From Acidobacteriota bacterium (GTDB lineage Bacteria > Actinomycetota > Actinomycetes > Actinomycetales > Microbacteriaceae): 64,000 bases of DNA. A program made the translations under genes and the position numbers. Below the pieces are notes generated by a model. It ran no database searches and was not told where the DNA came from. It was given only the letters and a program-made list of their open reading frames with translations. The DNA is taken from the NCBI GenBank assembly GCA_019352055.1, contig JABBOB010000006.1, forward strand, positions 10,974 to 74,973, given 5' to 3'. Within the stretch, counting starts at the first letter, position 1; each line of letters starts with the position of its first letter. Positions 36,808 through 46,433 of the stretch are shown here, one piece after another.

Positions 36808-38603
36808 GCACCGACGAGAGCCGCCCGAGCACCGCCGTCACGGGGCCGATCCTGGCCCTCACCGGCGGCGAGCGCCTGCTCGCGGGCCGCTACCGCGTCG
36901 AGCAGCACATCGGGCGGGGCGGCATGGCCGAGGTGCACATCGGCACCGACACCCGGCTCGGCCGCAAGGTCGCGATCAAGCTGCTGAAGTCCTCCCTCGC
37001 GAACGACCCCACGTTCCGGATGCGGTTCCGGCAGGAGGCGCAGGCCGCGTCGCGGATGACGCATCCGACGATCGTGCGCGTCTTCGACGCCGGTGAGGAG
37101 ACGGTCCTCGAGTCCGGCGGAGGTGAGGCGCAGCTCCCGTTCATCGTGATGGAGTTCGTCGACGGCAAGCTGCTGAAGGACCTCATCAAGGAGGGCCCGA
37201 TGACCGCGCAGGAGGCCGGTCACATCATCGGCGGCATCCTCACAGCGCTCGAGTACTCCCACCGCGCGGGGGTCGTGCACCGCGACATCAAGCCGGGCAA
37301 CGTGATGGTCACGCGCTCCGGCCAGATCAAGGTCATGGATTTCGGCATCGCCCGGGCGATCAGCGACTCGTCCGCCACCGTCGCGCAGACGAGCGTCATC
37401 CTCGGCACGGCGCAGTACTTCTCCCCCGAGCAGGCCAAGGGCGAGACGGTGGACCTCCGCAGCGACCTGTACTCGACCGGCGTCGTGCTGTTCGAGATGC
37501 TGACCGGCCGAGCCCCGTTCCGCGGCGACAGCCCGATCGCGGTGGCCTACCAGCACGTGTCCGAACGGCCGGAGGTGCCGAGCCGGCTGAACCCGGCGCT
37601 CACCGAGGCGATGGACGCGGTCGTGCTCCGTGCGCTGGAGAAGGACAAGGCACGGCGCTACCAGTCGGCCGAGGAGTTCCGGGCGGACGTCGACGCGGTG
37701 CTCGCCGGCCGGACGCCGACGGCGCGCCTGCCCACCATCGAGATCCAGCGGGACCTGTTCGGCGGCGCCGAGTCGACGGCCGAGTCGACCGTGCGGCAGC
37801 TCGCGTTCGACGACCCGGGACCGTCGGGGACCTCGAGCCGACCGCCGGTGGCATGGATCTGGGGCGGGGTCGTCGTCGTGCTCGCCATCGTGCTCGCGGT
37901 CGCGCTGTGGGTGGTCTCGATCGCGACCGGTGGCTTCGGCGCCGACAACCGGACCGTACCGAGCGATCTGCAGGGCGCGACGAGCGCCACGGCCGAGCGG
38001 GCGCTCAGCTCCCTCGACCTGCGCTGGCTCATCCACAAGCAGGCGAGCAGCACCGTCGAAGCGGGCGTGGTGGTGCGGGCGGCCCCGAGTGCCGGCACCG
38101 TGCTGACGAAGGGGGACGCGGTCAGCCTCTGGGTGTCGACGGGCACGCCGCGCACGACCGTGCCGACGCTGGCCGGCCTGACGCAGGACGCGGCGCAGCA
38201 GGCGATCACGCAGGCGGGCCTGAAGGTCGGGGCGGTGACCACGGATCACTCGACGAACGTCCCGGCGGGCTCGGTGATCTCCGCCTCGCAGAAGGCCGGG
38301 GACCAGATCGACCAGTCGAGCTCGGTCGACCTCGTCGTCTCGGACGGCAAGGTCGTGCTCCCGGACCTCACCGGCCAGAGCATCGCCGATGCGCAGTCGC
38401 AGCTGCAGGCGCTCGGGCTCACCCCCGACGTACAGCAGCAGACGAGCGGCTGCGGTGCGGCCAGCGACATCGTCTACTACCAGGTGACGCCTGCCGGCAC
38501 CGTCCCGCAGGGCTCCACCGTCACGTTGCAGCAGTGCGCGGGCGATTCGCCCACCCCGACGCCGACCCCGACTCCGACCACCACCCCGCCCACGACGGGC
38601 TGA
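36804..38603 (+). CDS. pknB: Ser/Thr protein kinase PknB with three extracellular PASTA repeats
   Basis: [22 protein letters not shown]...VAIKLL...[11 protein letters not shown]...DFGIA...[12 protein letters not shown] helix [28 protein letters not shown] repeats [17 protein letters not shown]..., [21 protein letters not shown]..., [21 protein letters not shown]... GTG at 36804 overlaps the pknA stop. Confidence 0.95.
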   Translation: MSTDESRPSTAVTGPILALTGGERLLAGRYRVEQHIGRGGMAEVHIGTDTRLGRKVAIKLLKSSLANDPTFRMRFRQEAQAASRMTHPTIVRVFDAGEETVLESGGGEAQLPFIVMEFVDGKLLKDLIKEGPMTAQEAGHIIGGILTALEYSHRAGVVHRDIKPGNVMVTRSGQIKVMDFGIARAISDSSATVAQTSVILGTAQYFSPEQAKGETVDLRSDLYSTGVVLFEMLTGRAPFRGDSPIAVAYQHVSERPEVPSRLNPALTEAMDAVVLRALEKDKARRYQSAEEFRADVDAVLAGRTPTARLPTIEIQRDLFGGAESTAESTVRQLAFDDPGPSGTSSRPPVAWIWGGVVVVLAIVLAVALWVVSIATGGFGADNRTVPSDLQGATSATAERALSSLDLRWLIHKQASSTVEAGVVVRAAPSAGTVLTKGDAVSLWVSTGTPRTTVPTLAGLTQDAAQQAITQAGLKVGAVTTDHSTNVPAGSVISASQKAGDQIDQSSSVDLVVSDGKVVLPDLTGQSIADAQSQLQALGLTPDVQQQTSGCGAASDIVYYQVTPAGTVPQGSTVTLQQCAGDSPTPTPTPTPTTTPPTTG

Positions 38604-38627
38604 CCGGGTCCGCCCCGGACGCCGGGT

Positions 38628-39269
38628 TCAGGGCGCCGAGCCGATCCCGGGGCTGAGGCCCTCGGACCGGCGCACCGCATCCGGATCGCCCACGACGGCG
38701 AGCCAGTTCGCCAGCATGCGGTGGCCCCCTTCCGTCATCACCGACTCGGGGTGGAACTGGACGCCGTACACAGGGGCGTCGCGGTGCTGCAACGCCATGA
38801 TGACGCCGCCGTCGGTGCGCGCGGTGACCTCGAGCTCGACGGGGACCGTGCCGTCCACGACCGCCAGGGAGTGGTAGCGGGTGGCGGTGAAGGTCTCGGG
38901 CACGCCGTCGAAGATCACGCTCTCGCCGTGCACGACCTGCGACGTCTTGCCGTGCATCAGCTCCTCGGCGTTCGTCACGATCCCGCCGAACGCCTCCGCG
39001 ATCGCCTGGTGCCCGAGGCAGACGCCGAGCAGCGGGACACCGGCCTCGACCGCCGCGTGGACGATCGGGATGGACACCCCGGCATCGGAGGGCTTGCCCG
39101 GACCGGGGGACACCAGCACCCCGTCGTACTCGCGGATCCGCTCGGCGAGCGCGGCCAAGGGCACGGTGTCGTTGCGGACGACGTCCGTCTCGGCGCCGAG
39201 CTGCCGCAGGTAGCCGTTCAGCGTGTAGACGAAGCTGTCGTAGTTGTCGACGACGAGCACCTTGGTCAT
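38628..39269 (-). CDS. trpG: Glutamine amidotransferase component II of anthranilate / aminodeoxychorismate synthase
   Basis: MTKVLVVDNYDSFVYTLNGYLRQLG...VLVSPGPGKP...LLGVCLGHQAI...VQFHPESV. ATG at 39269. Confidence 0.9.
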   Translation of the reverse strand: MTKVLVVDNYDSFVYTLNGYLRQLGAETDVVRNDTVPLAALAERIREYDGVLVSPGPGKPSDAGVSIPIVHAAVEAGVPLLGVCLGHQAIAEAFGGIVTNAEELMHGKTSQVVHGESVIFDGVPETFTATRYHSLAVVDGTVPVELEVTARTDGGVIMALQHRDAPVYGVQFHPESVMTEGGHRMLANWLAVVGDPDAVRRSEGLSPGIGSAP

Positions 39270-39318
39270 CCCCGGGATCCTACGCATCGCTCGTCGGTGG
39301 TTCCGACCGTCGGCCCGG

Positions 39319-39324
39319 TACGCT
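39319..39324 (+). promoter_or_regulatory. -10-like hexamer (TACGCT) 7 nt upstream of the crgA ATG; leaderless candidate
   Basis: TACGCT at 39319-39324, ATG at 39332, no SD sequence. Confidence 0.35.
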
Positions 39325-39331
39325 GTCGGCC

Positions 39332-39580
39332 ATGGCCCGAGTGAAGATCTCTCCCGCACGTCGGGAGGAGCGCCGGGCCGCAGGAGACGGCGCGAACCCG
39401 GTCTGGTTCAAGCCGCTGATGTTCGGGTTCATGCTGCTGGGTCTGCTCTGGATCGTCGTCTTCTACATCTCGGGAGGCACGCTGCCCATCCCGTTCCCCA
39501 CGGATCAGTCCAGCTGGAACATCCTGATCGGGTTCGGCATCGCGTTCGCAGGCTTCCTCATGACCCTCTGGTGGAAGTGA
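39332..39580 (+). CDS. crgA: Cell division protein CrgA
   Basis: ...NPVWFKPLMFGFMLLGLLWIVVFYIS...SWNILIGFGIAFAGFLMTLWWK. Two TM helices, conserved position next to trpG. Confidence 0.9.
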   Translation: MARVKISPARREERRAAGDGANPVWFKPLMFGFMLLGLLWIVVFYISGGTLPIPFPTDQSSWNILIGFGIAFAGFLMTLWWK

Positions 39581-39644
39581 CCCCTCCCGATCAGGTCTGC
39601 CTCGAGCGGGGGCTTGCGGCCACCCCGGAAGCACAGGGCTGTGA

Positions 39645-39711
39645 TTCTCCACACAGTGCACAAACCTGTGGATAACCTCGTGGACGGTTCGTGGAGGAAC
39701 CGTGGAGGAAC
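39645..39711. promoter_or_regulatory. DnaA-box cluster plus three 11-bp tandem units in a convergent (promoterless) spacer
   Basis: TTCTCCACA (39645-39653). Perfect TGTGGATAA (39667-39675). CGTGGACGGTT / CGTGGAGGAAC / CGTGGAGGAAC (39679-39711). Confidence 0.6.
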
Positions 39712-39757
39712 GCTGGCGGAGCCACGCCGCGGCGAGTGAGCACCTCGGGACGGGCGG

Positions 39758-40486
39758 TCAGAGCACGGCTGCCGGCACGAGGGAGAGCAGCAGCAGGACG
39801 CCCGTGACCATCGCGGCCCCGATGCGCGCGCGGCGATCCCGACGGGGACCCCGGTTCGTGGCGAACAGCCACCCCGTCACCGCCCCGACGACGAGGCCCC
39901 CCACGTGGGCCTGCCAGGCGATGCCGGGCACGACGAGACCGAGCGCGAGGTTGATCGCGATGAGCACGACGAGCGTGCGGATGTCGATTCCGAGCCTGCG
40001 CTGCACCACTGCGACGGCCCCGAGGACGGCGAACACGGCTCCCGAGGCGCCGTAGACCGCCGTGTTCGGCGCGAGCAGCCCGACGAAGGACGCGTAGAGC
40101 ACGCCCGCCGAGCCACCGAGGGCGCCCAGGACGTAGATGGTGACGAGTCGCGCAGGCCCGATCAGCTGCTCGAGCGGGCGTCCGAACGAGACGAGGGCGA
40201 TCATGTTGAAGGCGATGTGCGTGATGCCGATGAGGGATCCGGGGATCGAGATCGGCTGGTGGATGAGCGCGGACGTCAGCATGCGCCACGGCTCGAAGGG
40301 CAGCCCGCTCGAAGGCAACGAGTAGAGGGGCGCGTACTGGAACAGCACCTGGAGCGCCGGTGCGGTGAGCAGCTGCACCACGTATGCGGACGCGGTGACG
40401 ATCACGATCCAGCCGGTCGCGGTGCGCGGACGGAACCGCACGGACCGCCGCCACAGGCGGCGGAGGTCCGCGCGGGCGCCGCTCAC
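39758..40486 (-). CDS. Rhomboid family intramembrane serine protease
   Basis: ...WRMLTSALIH...HIAFNMIAL...VYGASGAVFAVLGA...AWQAHVGGLVVG. Contains the GxSG and His catalytic motifs and 6-7 TM helices. Confidence 0.9.
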   Translation of the reverse strand: MSGARADLRRLWRRSVRFRPRTATGWIVIVTASAYVVQLLTAPALQVLFQYAPLYSLPSSGLPFEPWRMLTSALIHQPISIPGSLIGITHIAFNMIALVSFGRPLEQLIGPARLVTIYVLGALGGSAGVLYASFVGLLAPNTAVYGASGAVFAVLGAVAVVQRRLGIDIRTLVVLIAINLALGLVVPGIAWQAHVGGLVVGAVTGWLFATNRGPRRDRRARIGAAMVTGVLLLLSLVPAAVL

Positions 40487-40489
40487 AGG

Positions 40490-41032
40490 TCAGGTGCCCT
40501 GCTGCACGTCGATGCTCGACAGCACCTGCTGCTCGATCGGCCGGTCGGAGCGGTCGGTCGGCACGGCACCGAGCCTGTCCACGACGTCGCGCGACGCCTG
40601 ATCCGCGACCTCGCCGAAGATCGTGTGGGCTCCCTGCAGCCAGGTGGTCGCCGCGGTCGTGATGAAGAACTGCGATCCGTTCGTACCGTGCCCCCCGCGC
40701 TTGCCGGCGTTCGCCATGGCGAGGATGTAGGGCTTGCGGAAGTCGAGGTCGGGTGCGATCTCGTCGTCGAACTCGTAGCCCGGCCCACCGGTGCCGTTCC
40801 CGATCGGGTCGCCGCCCTGGATCATGAAGTTGGGGATGATGCGGTGGAAGACGAGGTCCTTGTACAGGGGTCCCGTCTCCTCGGCGCCCGTGGCCGGATT
40901 GCGCCAGGCCTTCTCACCGGTCGCGAGACCGATGAAGTTCTTGACGGTCTTCGGCGCGTGCAGGCCGAACAGGTTGACCGTGATGTCCCCCTGGGTGGTG
41001 TGGAGGACGGCGGTCGCGGTGACATCGGTCAT
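40490..41032 (-). CDS. ppiA: Peptidyl-prolyl cis-trans isomerase (cyclophilin type)
   Basis: ...TVKNFIGLATGEK...YKDLVFHRIIPNFMIQGGDP...GTGGPGYEFDDE...LAMANAGKRGGHGTNGSQFFIT. Confidence 0.95.
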   Translation of the reverse strand: MTDVTATAVLHTTQGDITVNLFGLHAPKTVKNFIGLATGEKAWRNPATGAEETGPLYKDLVFHRIIPNFMIQGGDPIGNGTGGPGYEFDDEIAPDLDFRKPYILAMANAGKRGGHGTNGSQFFITTAATTWLQGAHTIFGEVADQASRDVVDRLGAVPTDRSDRPIEQQVLSSIDVQQGT

Positions 41033-41238
41033 GCCCCCGATTCTGGCATCGACGCGCCGGGTGCCCCGCGCGGTGCCGTCAGCGCGGGGCGGTGCACAGG
41101 CTCGTCAGAGGGTCCGTCCAGCTCTCGCCTGTCATACCCAGGACTTTCAGGTCGCGCGCAGCGGACTCGATGGGAGGATGAACCCACCCGCGTCGACGAC
41201 TCCGTCGGCGCCCACGCACGACGCCGAGGAGCGCATCG

Positions 41239-41874
41239 ATGGTCTCGCATCAGAAGCAGGTGAAGCGGTTGAAGAAGGACGCCCAGCGTCTCTGGAACGA
41301 CCAGCAGGCGCTGTTGACGCGTGCGAACGCGGTCGGTCGCGACGCGTTCCCGCACGTCCAGCAGTTCGCCAAGGAGCGCCTCGACTCGGCCGTGCCCGGT
41401 GCGCGCACGGTCGTCGCCGAGAAGGTCGCGCCGGTCGTCGGCAGGGCGGGCAAGGCGGCCGGCTCCTACGCCGCCTCCACCGCCAAGGACGCTCTCAGCG
41501 GGGTGCTGCTGCCTGCGGTGACGAGCGCGACCGCTGCGGCCGTCGCTCTGGCCGAGGAGGCCGGCGGGCGCCTCGGCCTCTCGGACACCGTCACGAAGCA
41601 GGGCAAGAAGGTCACCGACCGACTGGACTCGGTGACGAGGTCGGGCCACCGCTCGGGCGCGAAGGGGGGCGCGAAGCTCCGCGCCGCCGCCAAGGCCGGT
41701 CGGGTCGCTGCGAAGAAGGCGTCCGGCAGGAAGAGCGGGATCGGCGTGGGCGGCGTCCTGGGGATCCTCCTCGGCGTCGGGCTGGTCGTGGGTATCGGCT
41801 ACGCGGTGTGGCAGACGCTGCGGGCCGACGACGACCTGTGGGTCGCCGACGAGGACCCGGACACCACGAGCTGA
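41239..41874 (+). CDS. Hypothetical Lys/Ala-rich protein with a C-terminal TM anchor
   Basis: MVSHQKQVKRLKKDAQRLWNDQ...GIGVGGVLGILLGVGLVVGIGYAVW... Good GC3. Occupies the slot of small conserved ori-region membrane proteins. No family named with confidence. Confidence 0.65.
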   Translation: MVSHQKQVKRLKKDAQRLWNDQQALLTRANAVGRDAFPHVQQFAKERLDSAVPGARTVVAEKVAPVVGRAGKAAGSYAASTAKDALSGVLLPAVTSATAAAVALAEEAGGRLGLSDTVTKQGKKVTDRLDSVTRSGHRSGAKGGAKLRAAAKAGRVAAKKASGRKSGIGVGGVLGILLGVGLVVGIGYAVWQTLRADDDLWVADEDPDTTS

Positions 41875-41889
41875 CGTCGTCCGACCTCC

Positions 41890-41927
41890 GGGACGGGGCC
41901 CCGCGCCGAAGCGCGGAGCCCCGTCCC
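41890..41927. terminator. GC-rich hairpin between convergent genes
   Basis: GGGACGGGGC (41890-41899) pairs with GCCCCGTCCC (41918-41927). Inner CCGCGC pairs with GCGCGG around loop CGAA. Confidence 0.6.
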
Positions 41928-41930
41928 GTC

Positions 41931-42809
41931 TCAGGAAGCAGCCGCCTCGAGCGCCGCCCGAAGCGCCACGACGGCCGGCCGGGCCGCACCGGAGGTCCGC
42001 GCTGCCGTGAACACCTCCCGTGCCGGCGAGCCGGCCGGGACGATCGTCCGGCCCGGCGCAGGTCGACCGGACCAGACGAGGTCGGGCAGCATCGCGACTG
42101 CGTTCCCCGACTCGACGAGCCGCATGTGCACCTCGAGGTCCGCTGACTCGTAGCGCACGTCCGGCTCGAAGCCGGCGAGCCTGCACTGCTGCTCCGCCCA
42201 GTGCCGCGAGGCCGCCCCACGGGGTTCGAGCACCCACGGTTCGCGCGCCGCGTCGGCCAGCGCCCGGATGCCCGACCCCGTGGGGACCACCATGCGGATC
42301 GGGTCCCGTACCAGCGGGCGGTGGTCGAGGCCTTGGTGCCAAGCGGTGGCGTGACCCGGGTACTGCTCAGCGACCACGAGGTCGAAGTCCCGCGTCGATG
42401 TGCGATGGAGTGCCGCCTCGGGCTCGTGCTGCACCATCTCGACGCGCACCTGCGGATGGTCCCGCCCCATCAGCGTCAGGGTCTGCGGCAGCAGTGCCAA
42501 GGCCGCCGACTGGAAGATCGCCAGGCGCACGGTGCCGGACGCGGTCACAGCCCGGGCCGCGACCTCCGACTCCGCCCGCTCCAGCAGCGCCAGTACCTCG
42601 CCGGCCCGGTCGGCCAGCGTCTGCGCCTCGGGGGTGAGCACGACCCGACGTCCCGATGGCACGAGCAGCGGGACGCCCACCTCGCGCTCGAGCAGCGCGA
42701 GCTGCTGCGAGACCGTCGACGGGCTGAACCGCAGTGCTGCGGCGACCTCGGCGAGCGTGCCCCGGTCGGCGAGCTCCTTGAGCAGGCGCAGCCGTCGCAC
42801 GTCGTACAT
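41931..42809 (-). CDS. LysR family transcriptional regulator (divergent from putA)
   Basis: MYDVRRLRLLKELADRGTLAEVAAALRFSPSTVSQQLALLEREVGVPLL... is the HTH, followed by a LysR substrate-binding domain. Confidence 0.9.
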   Translation of the reverse strand: MYDVRRLRLLKELADRGTLAEVAAALRFSPSTVSQQLALLEREVGVPLLVPSGRRVVLTPEAQTLADRAGEVLALLERAESEVAARAVTASGTVRLAIFQSAALALLPQTLTLMGRDHPQVRVEMVQHEPEAALHRTSTRDFDLVVAEQYPGHATAWHQGLDHRPLVRDPIRMVVPTGSGIRALADAAREPWVLEPRGAASRHWAEQQCRLAGFEPDVRYESADLEVHMRLVESGNAVAMLPDLVWSGRPAPGRTIVPAGSPAREVFTAARTSGAARPAVVALRAALEAAAS

Positions 42810-42891
42810 CTTGTTCCCTTCGATTCAGGCGAACAGTACTCGTAGCAAATCATCACTGTTCTCGATGCGTCCGAGGACGGACAATGCGTGC

Positions 42892-45800
42892 ATGAGCGGA
42901 ACCGCTGTGCAGACGACCCCGCCGACCGGATCCGCCGCGTCGATCGAGCAGGTCGAGGCGCTCGTGCGCCGCTGGCTCGCAGAAGCTGCGCAGGCTCCCA
43001 CGGATCCGGCGGCCGCACGGCTGGCAGGGGTGCTGCGCGATCCGAAGGGGCTCGCCTTCACGGTCGGGTTCGTGGACGGCGTCGTCCGGCCCGAGGACCT
43101 CCGGGCCGCGGCGCACCGTCTTGCCGCCCTCGCGCCCGGCGTGCCGCGGTTCCTCCCCCTCCCGCTCCGGCTCGCCGTTCGGGTCGGCGGGATCACCGCA
43201 CCGCTGCTGCCGTGGCTCGTCGTCCCGATCGCGCGGACCGCGCTCCGCCGGATGGTGGACCACCTCGTGATCGACGCGACCCCGTCGCGGTTGGGGCGGG
43301 CGATCGCGAGGATCCGGTCGCGAGGCGTCCGCCTCAACCTCAACCTGCTGGGAGAAGCGGTGCTCGGCCGGAAGGAGGCGGACCGCCGGCTCGCCGGCAC
43401 GCTCGCCCTGATCGAGCGGGCGGATGTCGACTACGTGTCCATCAAGGTCTCCGCCGCCGTCGCTCCCCACGCGGTCTGGGCGTTCGACGCCGCTGTGGAG
43501 GACGTCGTCGCCCGGCTCACACCGCTGTACGAGGCGGCCCGCACCACCGGGACGTTCATCAACCTCGACATGGAGGAGTACAAGGACCTCGATCTCACGA
43601 TCGCGGTGTTCCAGCGGATCCTCGATTCGCCGCGCTTCACGGACTACCGCGCCGGCATCGTGCTGCAGGCATACCTTCCCGACGCGCTCTCCGCGATGAT
43701 GCGGCTGCAGGAATGGAGCGCCGCTCGGCGCGCTCGAGGGGGTGCGCCCGTCAAGGTCCGACTGGTGAAGGGCGCGAACCTGCCGATGGAACGGGTGGAG
43801 GCGTCGATCCACGACTGGCCGCTCGCGACCTGGCACTCGAAGATCGAGAGCGACACCAACTACAAACGGGTCCTCGACTGGGCACTGACGCCCGAGCGGA
43901 CCGACGCGGTGCAGCTGGGTGTCGCGGGGCACAACCTGTTCGACGTCGCCCACGCGTGGCTCCTCGCCGGCGAGCGCGGTGTCACCGAGGCGGTCGAGTT
44001 CGAGATGCTGCTCGGGATGGCGACCGGTCAGGCGGAGGCCGTGCGGCGCGACGTGGGCGGTCTGCTCGTCTACACGCCCGTGGTGCACCCGCGGGAGTTC
44101 GACGTCGCGATCGCCTACCTGGTCCGACGGCTCGAGGAGGGCGCGAGCGACGACAACTTCATGTCGAGCGTGTTCGACCTCGCCTCCGACGATCGCCTGT
44201 TCGCGCGCGAACGGGACCGGTTCGCCGCCTCGCTCGCCGCGCTCGACACGACGGTGCCCGGGCCGCACCGCGTGCCGCGCAGCACTGAGCCGACCGCGCC
44301 CGACTCGACGTTCCGCAACGCGGTGGACACCGACCCCGCGGTGCCGGAGCACCGGGCGTGGGCGACCGCCCTGCTCGAGCGCGCCGCGCGTTCCGAGGAG
44401 GGGGTCCGCACGCTGGGAACGCACACGGTGACGGACTCGAGCGAGCTCGACGCGGTGCTCGCCACCACGCAGGCGGCGGGCCGGGCGTGGGGCGCGCGTC
44501 CCGTCGCGGAGCGCATCGCGATCCTCCTGCGCGCCGGAGACGCCCTCGAGGCCGCCCGTGGGCGTCTCGTCGAAGTCATGGTCAGCGAGGCCGCGAAGAC
44601 GATCGACCAGGCCGACCCCGAGGTCAGCGAGGCCATCGACTTCGCGCGCTACTACGCGAGCGGCGCGGCCGAGCTCGAGCGCGTCGACGGTGCCCGGTTC
44701 GTCCCTGCCGCGCTGACGCTCGTCACGCCGCCCTGGAACTTCCCCGTCGCCATCCCGGCCGGCGGCGTGCTGGCCGCTCTGGCCGCCGGCAGCGGCGTGG
44801 TGCTCAAGCCCGCGGGTCCCGCGAGCCGCTGCGGGGCGGTGCTCGCCGAGGTCCTCTGGTCCGCCGGCGTCCCGGAGGACGTGCTCGCGCTCGTGCAGGT
44901 CGACGAGGAGACGTTGGGGCGGCGGCTCGTGGCCGATCCGCGGATCGACCGCGTCGTGCTCACCGGCGCCTGGGAGACGGCCCGGCTCTTCCGAGACTTC
45001 CGCCACGACCTGCCGGTGCTGGCGGAGACCAGCGGCAAGAACGCGATGGTGATCACTCCCTCCGCCGACCTGGACCTCGCCGTCAAGGACCTCGTCGCGA
45101 GCGCATTCGGCCACGCGGGGCAGAAATGCAGCGCCGCGAGCATCGCCATCCTCGTCGGGCCGGTCGCGAGGTCCAAGCGGTTCCTCGGCCAGCTGGTCGA
45201 CGCGGTCGGATCCCTCGAGGTCGGATCCCCCTGGACCTCCACGACCCGCATGGGTCCGCTGATCGAACCGGCGACCGGCAAGCTGCTCGAGGGGCTCACG
45301 AACCTCGGCGAGGGCGAGCGGTGGCTCCTCGCACCCAAGCGCCTCGATCGCGAGGGGCGCATCTGGACGCCCGGCATCCGAACGGGAGTCCGCCGGGGCT
45401 CCGCATTCCACCTCACCGAGTACTTCGGCCCGGTGCTCGGCATCATGACCGCGGTGGATCTCGACGAGGCCATCGCCATCCAGAACGAGGTCGCGTACGG
45501 CTTGACCGCCGGCCTGCAGTCCCTCGAACGGGCCGAGATCGCCCGCTGGATCGACGCGGTGGACGCCGGGAACCTGTACGTGAACCGCGGCACCACGGGC
45601 GCCATCGTCGGGCGGCAGCCGTTCGGGGGCTGGAAGCGGTCCTCCGTCGGTGCCGGCACGAAGGCGGGAGGCCCCAACTACCTCATCGGCCTGGGCGGCT
45701 GGGCGCGATCGGCGGAGACGGCGCCGGCGAGCGCGCGCCTCGACCCGGCGGTCGCCCGGGTGGTGCGTGCCGCCTCGGCTGTCAGCGACGACGCGCGCGC

Positions 45801-46296
45801 CTTCGTGACCGCGGGAGCCGCGAGCGATCAGGCCGCGTGGCAGCGGGAGTTCGGTGCCACCCGCGAGCTCGCAGGGCTCGGTGTCGAGCGAAACCTCCTG
45901 CGCTACCGGACCGTCCCCGTGACCGTCCGGGTCGCCGTCGATGCCGAACCGGGCGCGGTCCTGCGGGTGATCGCCGCGGCGACCCGCGCGGGCGCACCCA
46001 CCTCGGTGGTGTCCGCCGTTCCGCTGCCGACCGCGCTCGCCGGCGTGCTCGACGACCTGGGGATCGCGCAGCGGGTGGAGGCGCAGCCGGTGCTCACCGG
46101 CAGGGTGCGGCTGGTCGGCGGCTCCGCGTCCGAGCTGCTCGAGGCGGCGGGAGGCGATCCCGATCTCGCGATCTGGTCGAACGAGGTCACGACGGCGGGT
46201 CGGATCGAGCTGCTCCCGTTCCTCCACGAGCAGTCGGTGAGCATCACGGCACACCGGTTCGGCACCCCGGACGGTCTGACCGACTCGATCGTCTGA
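42892..46296 (+). CDS. putA: Bifunctional proline dehydrogenase / L-glutamate gamma-semialdehyde dehydrogenase
   Basis: ...VSIKVSA...INLDMEEYKDLDLT...VLQAYLPD...VRLVKGANL is the PRODH barrel. ...TPPWNFPVAIPAGG...ETSGKNAMVITPSADLD...GQKCSAAS is the ALDH domain. ATG at 42892. Confidence 0.95.
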   Translation: MSGTAVQTTPPTGSAASIEQVEALVRRWLAEAAQAPTDPAAARLAGVLRDPKGLAFTVGFVDGVVRPEDLRAAAHRLAALAPGVPRFLPLPLRLAVRVGGITAPLLPWLVVPIARTALRRMVDHLVIDATPSRLGRAIARIRSRGVRLNLNLLGEAVLGRKEADRRLAGTLALIERADVDYVSIKVSAAVAPHAVWAFDAAVEDVVARLTPLYEAARTTGTFINLDMEEYKDLDLTIAVFQRILDSPRFTDYRAGIVLQAYLPDALSAMMRLQEWSAARRARGGAPVKVRLVKGANLPMERVEASIHDWPLATWHSKIESDTNYKRVLDWALTPERTDAVQLGVAGHNLFDVAHAWLLAGERGVTEAVEFEMLLGMATGQAEAVRRDVGGLLVYTPVVHPREFDVAIAYLVRRLEEGASDDNFMSSVFDLASDDRLFARERDRFAASLAALDTTVPGPHRVPRSTEPTAPDSTFRNAVDTDPAVPEHRAWATALLERAARSEEGVRTLGTHTVTDSSELDAVLATTQAAGRAWGARPVAERIAILLRAGDALEAARGRLVEVMVSEAAKTIDQADPEVSEAIDFARYYASGAAELERVDGARFVPAALTLVTPPWNFPVAIPAGGVLAALAAGSGVVLKPAGPASRCGAVLAEVLWSAGVPEDVLALVQVDEETLGRRLVADPRIDRVVLTGAWETARLFRDFRHDLPVLAETSGKNAMVITPSADLDLAVKDLVASAFGHAGQKCSAASIAILVGPVARSKRFLGQLVDAVGSLEVGSPWTSTTRMGPLIEPATGKLLEGLTNLGEGERWLLAPKRLDREGRIWTPGIRTGVRRGSAFHLTEYFGPVLGIMTAVDLDEAIAIQNEVAYGLTAGLQSLERAEIARWIDAVDAGNLYVNRGTTGAIVGRQPFGGWKRSSVGAGTKAGGPNYLIGLGGWARSAETAPASARLDPAVARVVRAASAVSDDARAFVTAGAASDQAAWQREFGATRELAGLGVERNLLRYRTVPVTVRVAVDAEPGAVLRVIAAATRAGAPTSVVSAVPLPTALAGVLDDLGIAQRVEAQPVLTGRVRLVGGSASELLEAAGGDPDLAIWSNEVTTAGRIELLPFLHEQSVSITAHRFGTPDGLTDSIV

Positions 46297-46433
46297 ACCG
46301 GGTTCCGGTGCTCCGAACCGGATATCGGGGCCTGCCCCCGATCGAACTCGTTCCGAGGGGTGAAATCCTCAGGCGCGTTCCAGGTCCGTGACCAGAATCC
46401 CTGTATCGCACCCAGCCGACAAGGGGATTGTGC

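Noticed and set aside
39679-39711. Tandem 11-bp repeats considered as a mini CRISPR array or plasmid-type iterons
   Set aside because: Only three contiguous units, with no spacers and no cas or rep genes nearby. The GTGGA core and the adjacent perfect DnaA box make a DnaA-related interpretation more economical.
41178-41238. Alternative upstream start (GGGAGG-N2-ATG at 41178, reading MNPPASTTPSAPTHDAEERIDG) for the 41239 gene, implying a frameshift
   Set aside because: It is in a different frame from the well-supported downstream ORF. As I recall, homologs begin close to the KQxKRLKK segment. The short stretch of good GC3 could be chance. A read-level check would settle it.
42853-46254. 1133-aa minus-strand ORF antisense to putA
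   Set aside because: This is the exact antisense shadow of a gene with unmistakable PRODH and ALDH motifs. The translation is Arg/Gly/Asp/Pro-rich with no recognisable fold. The same reasoning was applied to 4745..6643(-), 7821..9488(-), 22055..23995(+), 28929..30413(-), 49016..50704(+) and 51979..54021(+).
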